This document shows positions 1 through 9,330 of a stretch of DNA of 64,000 nt, piece by piece. Numbering within the stretch: the first letter of the stretch is position 1; each line of letters opens with the position of its first letter. This DNA comes from an uncultured Chlamydiae bacterium. Its GTDB lineage: Bacteria; Chlamydiota; Chlamydiia; Chlamydiales; Parachlamydiaceae. The stretch is taken from contig CAWHMU010000021.1 in assembly GCA_963830365.1 (NCBI GenBank), positions 16,339-80,338 of the forward strand, written 5' to 3'. Under the pieces are notes generated by a model that was given only the letters and a program-made list of their open reading frames with translations, did no database searches and was not told the DNA's origin. The position numbers and the translations under genes are program-made.

Positions 1-1796
1 AGCTCACTTGCTGCCGGCTGTGCCGATAGCGTCTCGATGAACATGTCATCCAGCATGATCTCGGCCGCTACATTCTCTTCAGGCTGCGCATCACTATCAG
101 AACTTTCAACCGGCATGCCTGGGAACTCATTTGCTGCCGGCTGTGCCGATAGCGTCTCGATGAACATGTCATCCAGCATGATCTCGGCCGCCACATCCTC
201 TTCAGGTTGCGCACCACTATCAGAACTTTCAACCGGCATGCCTGGGAGCTCATTTGCTGCCGGCTGTGCCGACAGCATCTCGATGAACGTGTCATCCAGC
301 ATGATCTCGGCCACCACATCCTCTTCAGGTTGCGCACCACTATCAGAACTTTCAACCGGCATGCCTGGGAGCTCACTTGCTGCCGGCGCGATTTTGACAT
401 CTGCATTATCGGTGGTGCCACAGACAAACCCTCCGCCACTGCCGGCAGCAAAACTTGACAAAAGATCGCTTGGCGCTACCGCGGGGTAAATATCTATCGA
501 CAGTGTCGCAGTGGCACTTGGCCCGCCATTATTGCTGACAGTCTGGCCGGTGAAAATTTGCCCGGTAGATGTCCCTGCCGAATTGGTTACTGTGAGAGTC
601 ACACTATAAGTCCCTTCCATCTCATAGGTATGGTCGGTTAAGGGCGATGCCGTGATTTCGATGGGACTGCCGTCGCCGAAATCCCAGACGTAATTGCTGA
701 TAGTGATATCTTCAGGGGAGTTCTCCGAGGCAAATGAGGCTGAGGCATCAAATAATGCCGGCGAATTCGCCGTAGAAGCTTCGACAGTAAAAACTGCCGT
801 GGGTGCCTGATCCGGTGTAATAGCAATCCCCCCCAGGTTATGTCCGGCTTTGATCAGGCCAATATAACTATCAGTCGACACATCGATAACGGCCACGCCC
901 TGCTGATGGCAGGCAGCATAGGCCAGCAGCCCATCAGGGCTAAAGAAAACACTTCTTGGTCCGCCAGGAAGTTCGATGGTGGAAGAAACAGCATGCGTAG
1001 ACAATGAAACAACACTGATGTCTTTTCCCCATTCATTGGCTACATAGGCTTTGGTGCCATCTGGAGCAATGGCAACGGCGGCAGGCATAAATCCCACCCT
1101 GAACTCGGCAATGATGGCATCGGTTGCCAAATTGATCACGCTTAAGCTGCCGCGCCCGACATTATGTTCGTCTCTATTGAGCACATAGGCTGATAAGCCA
1201 TCGGGCGAGATGGCAATATCGCAAGGCCAATCTTCCACCGTGATATTATTCAACACCGTATAGGTCGTCAGATCGATAACACTGACCTTTCTTTTCAATT
1301 TGTTCGTCACATAGGCACGCAAACCATTGGGTGAAATGCCCACACTTAGGGGACAAGTAAAAGGAAATGACGGATCTGAAGGAATGGTATAGATAACGGT
1401 ATCTGTATCTGTATCGATGATACTGATGTCATTGGAGTCCCTGTTGGCGACATAAACCTTGGTGCCATCAGGTGTAATGGCAATGCCCTGCGGACGGCTG
1501 CCGGCTGGAATACTTGCTACGACGCTATTGGTGGCAAGATCGATGGCGCTGACGCTATCAGAGTCGCGATTGGTGACGTAGGCTTTGCTGCGGTCCGGCA
1601 TAATGGCAATCCCTACCGGCCCATTTTCCACCTCTATTGGAAAATCGGCATTAAAGCCGGTATCAGCGTCGATAGCAATGACAGCATTTGATGCTGGATT
1701 TGTTGCATAGGCCACCCAATCCAACGCACACACGCCATTTCCGCAGAGCAAAAACATGCCCTGTACAGCAAAGATAAGTTTCCGCAGTTTCATCAT
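1..1796 (-). CDS. Secreted YVTN-type beta-propeller + PKD domain protein with C-terminal acidic 41-aa repeats; runs off the left edge
   Basis: Not in the ORF track (no stop in window). Manual translation from ATG 1796 gives MMKLRKLIFAVQGMFLLC..., repeated GIAI(M/T)PDxxKAYVxN motifs, PKD signature YVWDFGDG...HTY...YSVTLTVTN, then tandem repeats. Confidence 0.85.
   Translation of the reverse strand, partial: MMKLRKLIFAVQGMFLLCGNGVCALDWVAYATNPASNAVIAIDADTGFNADFPIEVENGPVGIAIMPDRSKAYVTNRDSDSVSAIDLATNSVVASIPAGSRPQGIAITPDGTKVYVANRDSNDISIIDTDTDTVIYTIPSDPSFPFTCPLSVGISPNGLRAYVTNKLKRKVSVIDLTTYTVLNNITVEDWPCDIAISPDGLSAYVLNRDEHNVGRGSLSVINLATDAIIAEFRVGFMPAAVAIAPDGTKAYVANEWGKDISVVSLSTHAVSSTIELPGGPRSVFFSPDGLLAYAACHQQGVAVIDVSTDSYIGLIKAGHNLGGIAITPDQAPTAVFTVEASTANSPALFDASASFASENSPEDITISNYVWDFGDGSPIEITASPLTDHTYEMEGTYSVTLTVTNSAGTSTGQIFTGQTVSNNGGPSATATLSIDIYPAVAPSDLLSSFAAGSGGGFVCGTTDNADVKIAPAASELPGMPVESSDSGAQPEEDVVAEIMLDDTFIEMLSAQPAANELPGMPVESSDSGAQPEEDVAAEIMLDDMFIETLSAQPAANEFPGMPVESSDSDAQPEENVAAEIMLDDMFIETLSAQPAASE
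3..388. repeat. 123-bp coding tandem repeat, at least 3 units
   Basis: ctca(c/t)ttgctgccggc recurs at 3, 126, 249, 372; minus-strand unit PAASELPGMPVESSDSGAQPEEDVVAEIMLDDTFIEMLSAQ. Confidence 0.95.
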
Positions 1797-1884
1797 ATCC
1801 TCTCAAAGTTAAAGATAAAAATGCGGTTGTAACTAAAAGAAAATATATAGACAAGCGATATGTATTAAATTTTAATTCACCCTG

Positions 1885-2511
1885 TCACACCTGTAACAGA
1901 ACTTCAAGCGCCGCTTTGGTGGCCTTGACGTCCTGATGGCAAATGCCATGCAGTCCAAGATCTGTAGCCACCTCGATAAACAGCTGCCGGTCGTCGATGT
2001 AGGCTATCTGCTCTGGCGGCACATGCGCCATATCAATGGCCATGCGGAAGATTTGGCGGTCCGGCTTGCGTACGCCGACAAAACAGGACACCACAAAGAA
2101 ATCGGCAATGCGCCCTAAATCAAAGCTGCGGATGCGATGCTCCGTCAGTTCCCGCCCTTCATTACTCAAAATCACTACTTTCAGCCCATACGCCTCTTTC
2201 AGGCCGCGCACCATCGCCAGCATCTCCGGATGGGGCTGCGATTGGGCATACATAAAGTCTTTAAAATCCTTCAGCGAAAAAGCCCGCGGCTTAAAAAAAA
2301 CGGTATAGCGCAAATAGTCATCCAAAGAGATTTTACCCACCTCATAATCGCCAAAAATCATCTGGTGGCGGATATCGAACTCTTTCTGGTCGAAACCGAA
2401 ATCTGCCGCCGCCTTGATCCGGCTAATATGCCCCCAGCCATTGGTAAGCAAAACGCCCCCCACATCGCAAAATAACGTCCGAATTTTGCTGTCTTCACTT
2501 GTGCTATTCAT
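1885..2511 (-). CDS. HAD-IA family phosphatase
   Basis: DVGGVL motif I, SN motif II, KP and IDD motifs III/IV; overlaps the ROK gene by 4 nt. Confidence 0.9.
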   Translation of the reverse strand: MNSTSEDSKIRTLFCDVGGVLLTNGWGHISRIKAAADFGFDQKEFDIRHQMIFGDYEVGKISLDDYLRYTVFFKPRAFSLKDFKDFMYAQSQPHPEMLAMVRGLKEAYGLKVVILSNEGRELTEHRIRSFDLGRIADFFVVSCFVGVRKPDRQIFRMAIDMAHVPPEQIAYIDDRQLFIEVATDLGLHGICHQDVKATKAALEVLLQV

Positions 2512-3491
2512 CTCTCCACCTGTGTCTCAGCTTGACGGACCGCAAAAGCGGCCGCACCGACAACACCGGCGTCAGCCTTTAACTGCGCCACCACAATCTG
2601 CAGATTCCGCGTCGCAGCTTTCAAGCTGTGCGCAAACACTCCCTTGGAAATAACTTCTATCAGCTCCAAATCGTTCAAAATGACCCCACCGCCCAAAATG
2701 ACACGGGCCGGATTAAACGCATTGACAAGACCCGAAATGCCCGCCACTAAGGCTTCTTTCAGTTCTTCAATAACCTTTCTGGCCATTGGCAATCCCTGGC
2801 GATAGGCTTCAAACACATGCTTGGTAGTGATATCTTCAAGCTTGCCGCCGGCAAGTTCCAACAGCTGCCGTCCGCCGCCGGCATCCACAGCCACAAGCTC
2901 CCTTGCGCGCCGCGCAATCGCCCATCCTCCAGCCAAGGCCTCAAAGCAGCCGCGATTGCCGCACGTGCAGGCAGGCCCACGCATATCGATCGTGACATGT
3001 CCCACTTCACCGGCCGCATTGTCATTGCCTATCAGCATCCTGCCGCCGCTCACCACCCCGCCGCCGATGCCTGTGCCGACAAACAGACACAGTAGATCGT
3101 CACAGCCACGGCCCGCTCCATATAGCCATTCGCCCCAAGTGGCGGCCCGCACGTCGTTGGTCACAAAGACCGGCATCTTCAACGCTTTACTGACCTCCGC
3201 CTGTAGAGGAAATTCCTGCCAGCCCAGATTCGGCGCGAAATGCACACTGCCTGTGACCTTGTCAATCTGACCCGCCATGCCGATGCCGACGCCAAAGACC
3301 TTGCCTGATGCATCCTGGCTGCGCAACCGCTTGATTGCCGCGACAATATCTTCAACCACCGCCTGCGGTCCGTCTTTAACGCGGGTTTTGATCAGCTCAC
3401 GCCGCTGCACCTTGCCCGCCATATCGACCATGCCGATATCCGTCTTGGTGCCGCCCAGATCTACGCCAAAAGTCCAGCCTGTCTTTGCCAT
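2508..3491 (-). CDS. ROK family sugar kinase (glucokinase-like)
   Basis: DLGGTK, NDVRAA, GTGIGGG, GEVGH and CTCGNRGCFE zinc motif. Confidence 0.92.
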   Translation of the reverse strand: MAKTGWTFGVDLGGTKTDIGMVDMAGKVQRRELIKTRVKDGPQAVVEDIVAAIKRLRSQDASGKVFGVGIGMAGQIDKVTGSVHFAPNLGWQEFPLQAEVSKALKMPVFVTNDVRAATWGEWLYGAGRGCDDLLCLFVGTGIGGGVVSGGRMLIGNDNAAGEVGHVTIDMRGPACTCGNRGCFEALAGGWAIARRARELVAVDAGGGRQLLELAGGKLEDITTKHVFEAYRQGLPMARKVIEELKEALVAGISGLVNAFNPARVILGGGVILNDLELIEVISKGVFAHSLKAATRNLQIVVAQLKADAGVVGAAAFAVRQAETQVER

Positions 3492-3809
3492 GATTTCACC
3501 TCTTTAATATTTGGCCATCGCTTTAACTTCTTCGTGTAAACGAAAGGGACCTAAATGACCTAAGGGACCTTAGGGACATTTAAGCGAAGTTAAACCAATA
3601 GCTTAAAAATTAATATATATGTAGCTTAGATAAAGAAATACAGGAAATTCTACACAAGGGGAGGATCAGTGTATTGATAGGCGTAGTCTAATAATTTAAC
3701 CACCGAGACAAGGAGGCGCAGAGATAAAAATGGCCGCAATTCAACCTTGACAGCGTGCTTTCCTCTGGTTCTTTATGCCTCTGTGGTTATTTTTGGTTAT
3801 TTTTACTTT

Positions 3810-5216
3810 TTACAAACCTTCGGCGTTGCGGGCCGACAGCCTTTCGCCGGCCAGGATTTTTAGAAAAATACGTGTCTCGGCAATCACGGCGCCGGAGAGC
3901 GCGCACAAACCTATAAGGTTGGGAATGGCCATCAGACCGTTGCAGATGTCAGAGATTTTCCATACCACATCCAATTCCAGTACCGCCCCCGGAATGACGA
4001 CCAGCGTAAAGACTATGCGATAGAATGGCACCAAGCGCGTGCCAAAAAGATATTCAATACATTTCTCCCCGTAATACGCCCAGCCAAGCAAAGTCGTAAA
4101 GGCAAACAGCACCAGGCCTACCGTGACCACATAGCCGCCCCAAGGAAATACCGATTGAAAGGCCGCGAGCGTCAAGGAAGCACCATTGATTATCTTACCA
4201 TTGATATCGACCGAACCAAAGACATTCGTAACCGCCAGCACAAGACCTGTAGCACTGCACATGATGATGGTGGCAAGAAAACAGCCGGTCATGGAAACCA
4301 GCGCCTGCCGGCCAGGGAAGTCAGTCTTGGCTGCCGCGGCCGCGATGGACGCCGTGCCAAGCCCGGCCTCGCTGGTCATCAGTCCTCGACTGATACCCAC
4401 TTGGATGGCGAGCACCACACTGGAGCCTAAAAATCCCCCTACGGCTGCCTGACCGCTAAAGGCCGCTTCGAAAATTGTCAGCAGGGCATGCGGAATGCGG
4501 TCATAGTGGGCGACCAAAATAGCCCCGGCCCCGCCGATATAGAGAATGGCCATCAGGGGCACAAGCAAACTTGCCACCTTGCCGATGCTCTTGATGCCGC
4601 CAAGCAGCGTAAGTCCTGTCAGCAAAGCCACGACAATACCCGTCCACCAGGAATCAATATTGAACATGCTGCGCATCACGTCGGCCACGGAATTGGCCTG
4701 CAGCATGTTGCCTCCGCCAAAGGCGCCGATGGCGCCGAAGAGGGCGAAGCTGGCAGCCAGCCACTTCCAACCCAATCCATTGGCGATGAAATACATAGGA
4801 CCGCCGCACATCTCGCCGCGGTCGTCCGTCGTGCGGTATTTTATCGCCAGAATGGCTTCGGCATATTTGATAGCCATGCCGATCAGCGCCGTCACCCACA
4901 TCCAGAATAAGGCGCCGAAGCCGCCCACGGTAATGGCGGTAGCGACGCCTGCGATATTGCCTATGCCTATGGTGGCGGCAAGGGCCGTCATCAGCGAGGC
5001 AAAATGGCTGATATCGCCTTCGCCGGCCTGATTCTGCTTGCCGAAGACCAGTTTAAGGGCATAGCCAAGATAGCGGAATTGCAGCCCTTTGAGCGCAATC
5101 GTCAAATAGATGCCAATGCCCATGAGAAGTATGAGCAAAGGGGGCCCCCATACCCAGCTGTAGACAATGTCTAGCCCCTTCAATAGGGAAATATAAAAAT
5201 CAGAAGATGACGCCAT
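3810..5216 (-). CDS. Sodium:alanine/glycine symporter (AGCS family)
   Basis: ALAATIGIGNIAGVATA, GGPMYFI, SEAGLG, GWAYYGEK motifs. Confidence 0.95.
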   Translation of the reverse strand: MASSSDFYISLLKGLDIVYSWVWGPPLLILLMGIGIYLTIALKGLQFRYLGYALKLVFGKQNQAGEGDISHFASLMTALAATIGIGNIAGVATAITVGGFGALFWMWVTALIGMAIKYAEAILAIKYRTTDDRGEMCGGPMYFIANGLGWKWLAASFALFGAIGAFGGGNMLQANSVADVMRSMFNIDSWWTGIVVALLTGLTLLGGIKSIGKVASLLVPLMAILYIGGAGAILVAHYDRIPHALLTIFEAAFSGQAAVGGFLGSSVVLAIQVGISRGLMTSEAGLGTASIAAAAAKTDFPGRQALVSMTGCFLATIIMCSATGLVLAVTNVFGSVDINGKIINGASLTLAAFQSVFPWGGYVVTVGLVLFAFTTLLGWAYYGEKCIEYLFGTRLVPFYRIVFTLVVIPGAVLELDVVWKISDICNGLMAIPNLIGLCALSGAVIAETRIFLKILAGERLSARNAEGL

Positions 5217-5219
5217 GCT

Positions 5220-6611
5220 TTATGTTTTTTTAAATACCTTAATTTTTTCAGAGGCTTGTTCCTGATGCACAACTTGTAAAAACAGGCGTGTTTCGGCTGC
5301 AATGACCCCCGAAAGGGCCAGCAGCGCTATCAAATTCGGAATCACCATCAGACCATTCATGATGTCCGCCAGATGCCAGGCCACTTCCATTTTCAACGCG
5401 GCGCCCGGAATGACGATCAGCGCAAAGATGCAACGATAGATGATGATGGCGCGTTCGCCAAATAAATATTCAAAGCACTTCTCACCATAGTAGGCCCAGG
5501 CAATGACGGTAGAAAAGGCAAACAGGATCAGCCCGATCGAAACGAGATACGCCCCTCCCGGCAAGGTGGAATTAAAGGCTTGAATAGCCATCTTGGCGCC
5601 ACTGACGGCTTTGCCGTTAGCCGCCGTCTGGCCAAGTACATTCGTGACGGCCAGCACAAGACCTGTAATCGAACATACAATGACTGTCGACATCAACGCC
5701 CCCGTCATGGTAATCATAGCCTGGCGTCCGGGACAATCCGTCTTGGCCGCCGCCGCCGCCATCGACGATATACCCATGCCGGCCTCATTGGAAAATATGC
5801 TCCGCGATACGCCCATCTGGATGGACATCATCACACTGGCTCCCAAAAAGCCGCCCACCGCCGCCTGTCCTTGAAAGGCACTTTTGATAATCAAGGCAAA
5901 CGCTTCCGGCAACTTATCGATATGCAGCGCGATGATGATCAGGCCGGCGCCGAGATAAAAAACCGCCATTACCGGCACCAAGACGCCGGCCACATGACCG
6001 ATGCTCTTGACGCCGCCCAAGATGACAAGACCTGTCAATGCCGCCAATACTACCCCGGTAATCCAGGGATCTATCGACCAGACGCTGTCCACGGCTTCGG
6101 CGATGGCGTTCACCTGTACCAGATTGCCCGTGCCGATGGCCGCCACGGCCCCGAAAATGGCAAAAAGCACGGCCATCCATTTCCAGCCCAGCCCCTTCTC
6201 AATATACTGCATCGGACCGCCCATCATCTCGCCGCGCGCATCCAACTGGCGATACTTCACCGCCAATAGCGATTCGGCATACTTGGTGGCCATGCCTAGA
6301 AAAGCCGTCACCCACATCCAGAACATCGATCCCAGGCCGCCGGCGGTGATGGCTGTGGCCACTCCGACAATGGTGCCGGTGCCGATGGCGCCGGCAAGCG
6401 ATGTCATCAAAGCTTCAAACTGGCTGATATCGCCTGCAGCATTGACTTTGGAAGGTGTAAAAGCCTGCTTCAAGGCGTAGCCTAGATAACGGAATTGCAT
6501 GCCGCGCAAAAGCACCGTCAAATACAGCCCCGTACCGGCCAATAACAGCAAAAGAGGTGGGCTCCAGATCCAATTCTTAATTTCACCCAGTATTTGATCG
6601 TATTGCTCCAT
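5220..6611 (-). CDS. Second AGCS symporter (tandem paralog)
   Basis: SLAGAIGTGTIVGVATA, GGPMQY, FSNEAG, AWAYYGEK; start placed at ATG 6611 (MEQYDQ) after an upstream GGAG. Confidence 0.93.
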   Translation of the reverse strand: MEQYDQILGEIKNWIWSPPLLLLLAGTGLYLTVLLRGMQFRYLGYALKQAFTPSKVNAAGDISQFEALMTSLAGAIGTGTIVGVATAITAGGLGSMFWMWVTAFLGMATKYAESLLAVKYRQLDARGEMMGGPMQYIEKGLGWKWMAVLFAIFGAVAAIGTGNLVQVNAIAEAVDSVWSIDPWITGVVLAALTGLVILGGVKSIGHVAGVLVPVMAVFYLGAGLIIIALHIDKLPEAFALIIKSAFQGQAAVGGFLGASVMMSIQMGVSRSIFSNEAGMGISSMAAAAAKTDCPGRQAMITMTGALMSTVIVCSITGLVLAVTNVLGQTAANGKAVSGAKMAIQAFNSTLPGGAYLVSIGLILFAFSTVIAWAYYGEKCFEYLFGERAIIIYRCIFALIVIPGAALKMEVAWHLADIMNGLMVIPNLIALLALSGVIAAETRLFLQVVHQEQASEKIKVFKKT

Positions 6612-6829
6612 GCCGCTCCATGCCTTGAATTTTCGGTGTATAACACGCCAAGTGTAGCTCAAAAGACAGGTTTCTGAGAAGTCCTTTTTATCAAGCCAAC
6701 CTTCCATATATGGCTTGACAGGGTAGAGTCTTTTCTCTCGGTATGCTTAGTTTATATTGAATTAAAGTTAGGCTTCGGCTAGATTGCTCTCTTTTTAACC
6801 GGATTAACATCAACAAATGAGGTTTTATT

Positions 6830-7408
6830 ATGACAAATCCTATTAGCAATTCTACAATACCCACCATCGAAGTGCCAGCAGCAGGCTGGTGGACTACCGG
6901 TACTGAAGCTGTGTCTTCAGCGATATCTTCTATCGGCGGAAAAATCAGCAATGCGGCTCATAGCACGCTTAACGCGATGAATGACGGCGCCAATTACGTC
7001 GGCGAAAGCTGCAGCGCTCTGAAAGGCCGTGTGGTTGACTTTGCAGCCTCTGTTAGATCACATGAATATCTCAAAGGCTCCTTTGACAATCTCGCCGTGG
7101 TGATGCCTTTTGTTGGCGGTGCTGCTGCCGGCGCGCTTTCTACCCACGCAGTAATCAACCTCGCTAAAGCCGTCCATAGCAAAAATGATGTGCAAAAAAA
7201 TGACCTGATCAAGCTTGCCGCAGCCGTGGCTTTTGCTAGTGTTAGCTATGCTGCAGCTGGCGATGATCAAGTTAAGACCTTGGCCATCAGCGCCACGGCC
7301 ACAGCCGTCCTGACCGGTCTTGCCGTCACATTTAAAGACTCGATCAGCTCCAATTTTCAAGCGCTGAAGGATAGATTCTCATCAGACAAATCTGCAAAGA
7401 TTGCCTAG
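6830..7408 (+). CDS. Hypothetical membrane protein, Inc-like; paralog of 7890..8612
   Basis: GAGG RBS; Ser/Ala-rich N-terminus; C-terminal hydrophobic segments; motifs shared with the next gene. Confidence 0.8.
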   Translation: MTNPISNSTIPTIEVPAAGWWTTGTEAVSSAISSIGGKISNAAHSTLNAMNDGANYVGESCSALKGRVVDFAASVRSHEYLKGSFDNLAVVMPFVGGAAAGALSTHAVINLAKAVHSKNDVQKNDLIKLAAAVAFASVSYAAAGDDQVKTLAISATATAVLTGLAVTFKDSISSNFQALKDRFSSDKSAKIA

Positions 7409-7436
7409 TACATAGCAGAATTAATTCGATTGATCC

Positions 7437-7475
7437 AAGGGTTGAAGGGGCTGATTGCCCCTTCAACCCTTTTTC
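7437..7475 (+). terminator. Intrinsic terminator
   Basis: aagggttgaaggggc-tgatt-gccccttcaaccctt followed by T-rich tail. Confidence 0.75.
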
Positions 7476-7889
7476 ATTTCATTCCGTCAAATGCAGGCCC
7501 GCACCCATTTCATGGGTGCGGGCCAACCTATTGCAAAAGTATTTTAGATCATCATTACGCAGTTTTTATAAAAAAAATTAAGCATAGCCTAGTTTACGAG
7601 GAAGCTCTACTCTGTCCATTTTTGAACAAGCTAGCGCATTTTAAAAAAAATCAATACTGATTTATAAAATCTTAATATTCGTATGCTATACTCATTTCAT
7701 AAAACGATAGCTTGGCGCGACAAATGCAACTTGCCTGAACTTGAGGCCATGCTATAGTCGCCAGTCTTTAGTGAATATATTTATTTTTATTGAATTAAAT
7801 ATGATACATGCGTTAAACTTTTTTAAACAAATTAAACTAATTTAAATATTAGCTAAATAAATTAACCAAAACATAAAAAAAGGTTTTAA

Positions 7890-8612
7890 ATGACTAACAT
7901 CACTAATTATACTAGTCTCTTAAATTTTAATCATACCGCAGGTTTTTGCTCAATCCACGAAGCCCCAAAAGCCAGCTTCTGGTCCATGGGTGCAGACTGG
8001 CTGTCTGCTATCGGCACAAAAGCCAACGGTGCTGCACAGTCAGCCTTTGCCTCAATCGGTGACGCTGCCCAAACCGTCCGCGAAAAAGCCGGTGAAGCTG
8101 CCACAGTCGTCAGTGAAAAATTCGGTAATGCTACCGAAGCTACACTAACATCGCTGAAAGGTGCTAAAGATTATATGGCATCGACATTCGAAGCCGGTGC
8201 AAATGCCACCAGCACACATTATACAAACCTGAAAGGGCGTGTTTCAGAATTTGCCGCCGATGTTAAATCGAACGAGAAAGTACAAGCATTCCTTAACAAC
8301 AGCTATGTAAAAGGCACCATCGAGACTGTCGCTCCTGTGCTGCCATTTGTTGGCGGCGGCATTGCCGGCGCACTTTCAGCCAATGCCGTGATTAACCTGG
8401 CCAAAACTGGCACAAACAAACTGAGAGCCATGGCAAAACTTGCTACCGGCGTTGCGATCGGTGCCGTGTGCTATGCAAATAGTACTGATGAACAGGTAAA
8501 GACCTTGGCCATCACTACCGCCGCCGGCGCTGCGCTGTCAGCACTCAAGTCCGTGTTGCTAGCATCAGCCAAGCCTAGTTTTCAATCATTGAAAGCAAAC
8601 AAGATTGCCTAA
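7890..8612 (+). CDS. Hypothetical membrane protein, Inc-like; paralog of 6830..7408
   Basis: Shares LKGRVxxFAAxV, PFVGG, AVINLAK, DxQVKTLAI and terminal KIA with the upstream paralog. Confidence 0.8.
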   Translation: MTNITNYTSLLNFNHTAGFCSIHEAPKASFWSMGADWLSAIGTKANGAAQSAFASIGDAAQTVREKAGEAATVVSEKFGNATEATLTSLKGAKDYMASTFEAGANATSTHYTNLKGRVSEFAADVKSNEKVQAFLNNSYVKGTIETVAPVLPFVGGGIAGALSANAVINLAKTGTNKLRAMAKLATGVAIGAVCYANSTDEQVKTLAITTAAGAALSALKSVLLASAKPSFQSLKANKIA

Positions 8613-8642
8613 ATTTCAAGGTAGTCCAATTAAGTCAATGCC

Positions 8643-8680
8643 AGGATTGAAGGAGCAGTATGCTCCTTCAATCCTTCTTC
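8643..8680 (+). terminator. Intrinsic terminator, homologous to 7437
   Basis: aggattgaaggagca-gta-tgctccttcaatcct. Confidence 0.7.
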
Positions 8681-8787
8681 ATTTACGCATCCCTTTACTT
8701 TTCTCTCAATATTTCAATAAATTCGTGACAGCCAAATAAGCGCCTGCTAAGTTCCCGAATTAGCTATAATTTTTTTGGAGATTTTCT

Positions 8788-9213
8788 ATGAGCTTTGGAA
8801 TTATGCCATCAAATATTATCCCCTCGGCAGCTGAAATACGAGAAACTCTCAACCACGTGCATGACAATTTCAATGCTTTGGCCATGCTAGCTTCTCCTTT
8901 AAGAGATGCTGCCAAAACGTTAACTTCCCAATTAGTCTCAAGCGTCACTTCGCATATCTTTGCTCCCCCAATAGCCGGTGCTTTGGGTGGTTACCTCGCC
9001 GCTCAGGGCCTGATATATAGTTCCTGGATTTCGCGCAGTGCCGGTTTGGGACTGGCTGCCGGCGCCTGCTTGATCACCTCCTCGGAAGACGAACAAGAAA
9101 AACCCTTCACTCAGGCCCTGGAGGGCATCGCTTTGGGCATCATCTACGGATTGGGTAAAGCCCTCATCGACAGAAGCAGGTGTCCGAGAAAAATCTGTCC
9201 TTTTAATAGGTAA
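8788..9213 (+). CDS. Hypothetical membrane protein (Inc-like)
   Basis: GGAG RBS; Gly/Ala-rich hydrophobic segments. Confidence 0.7.
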   Translation: MSFGIMPSNIIPSAAEIRETLNHVHDNFNALAMLASPLRDAAKTLTSQLVSSVTSHIFAPPIAGALGGYLAAQGLIYSSWISRSAGLGLAAGACLITSSEDEQEKPFTQALEGIALGIIYGLGKALIDRSRCPRKICPFNR

Positions 9214-9330
9214 AAACAGCCCCAGGCCATGCATTTTATTTGCGCGCAATCGCTGATCGGTTATTATAAAGCTGTGATAGGCTAATTTTTGCAGCGATTC
9301 TGAATTTATTTTCCCTACTGCGAGGTTTTT

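Noticed and set aside
37..489. Plus-strand repeat ORF and other short ORFs in 1-1854
   Set aside because: Shadows of the long minus-strand propeller/PKD gene
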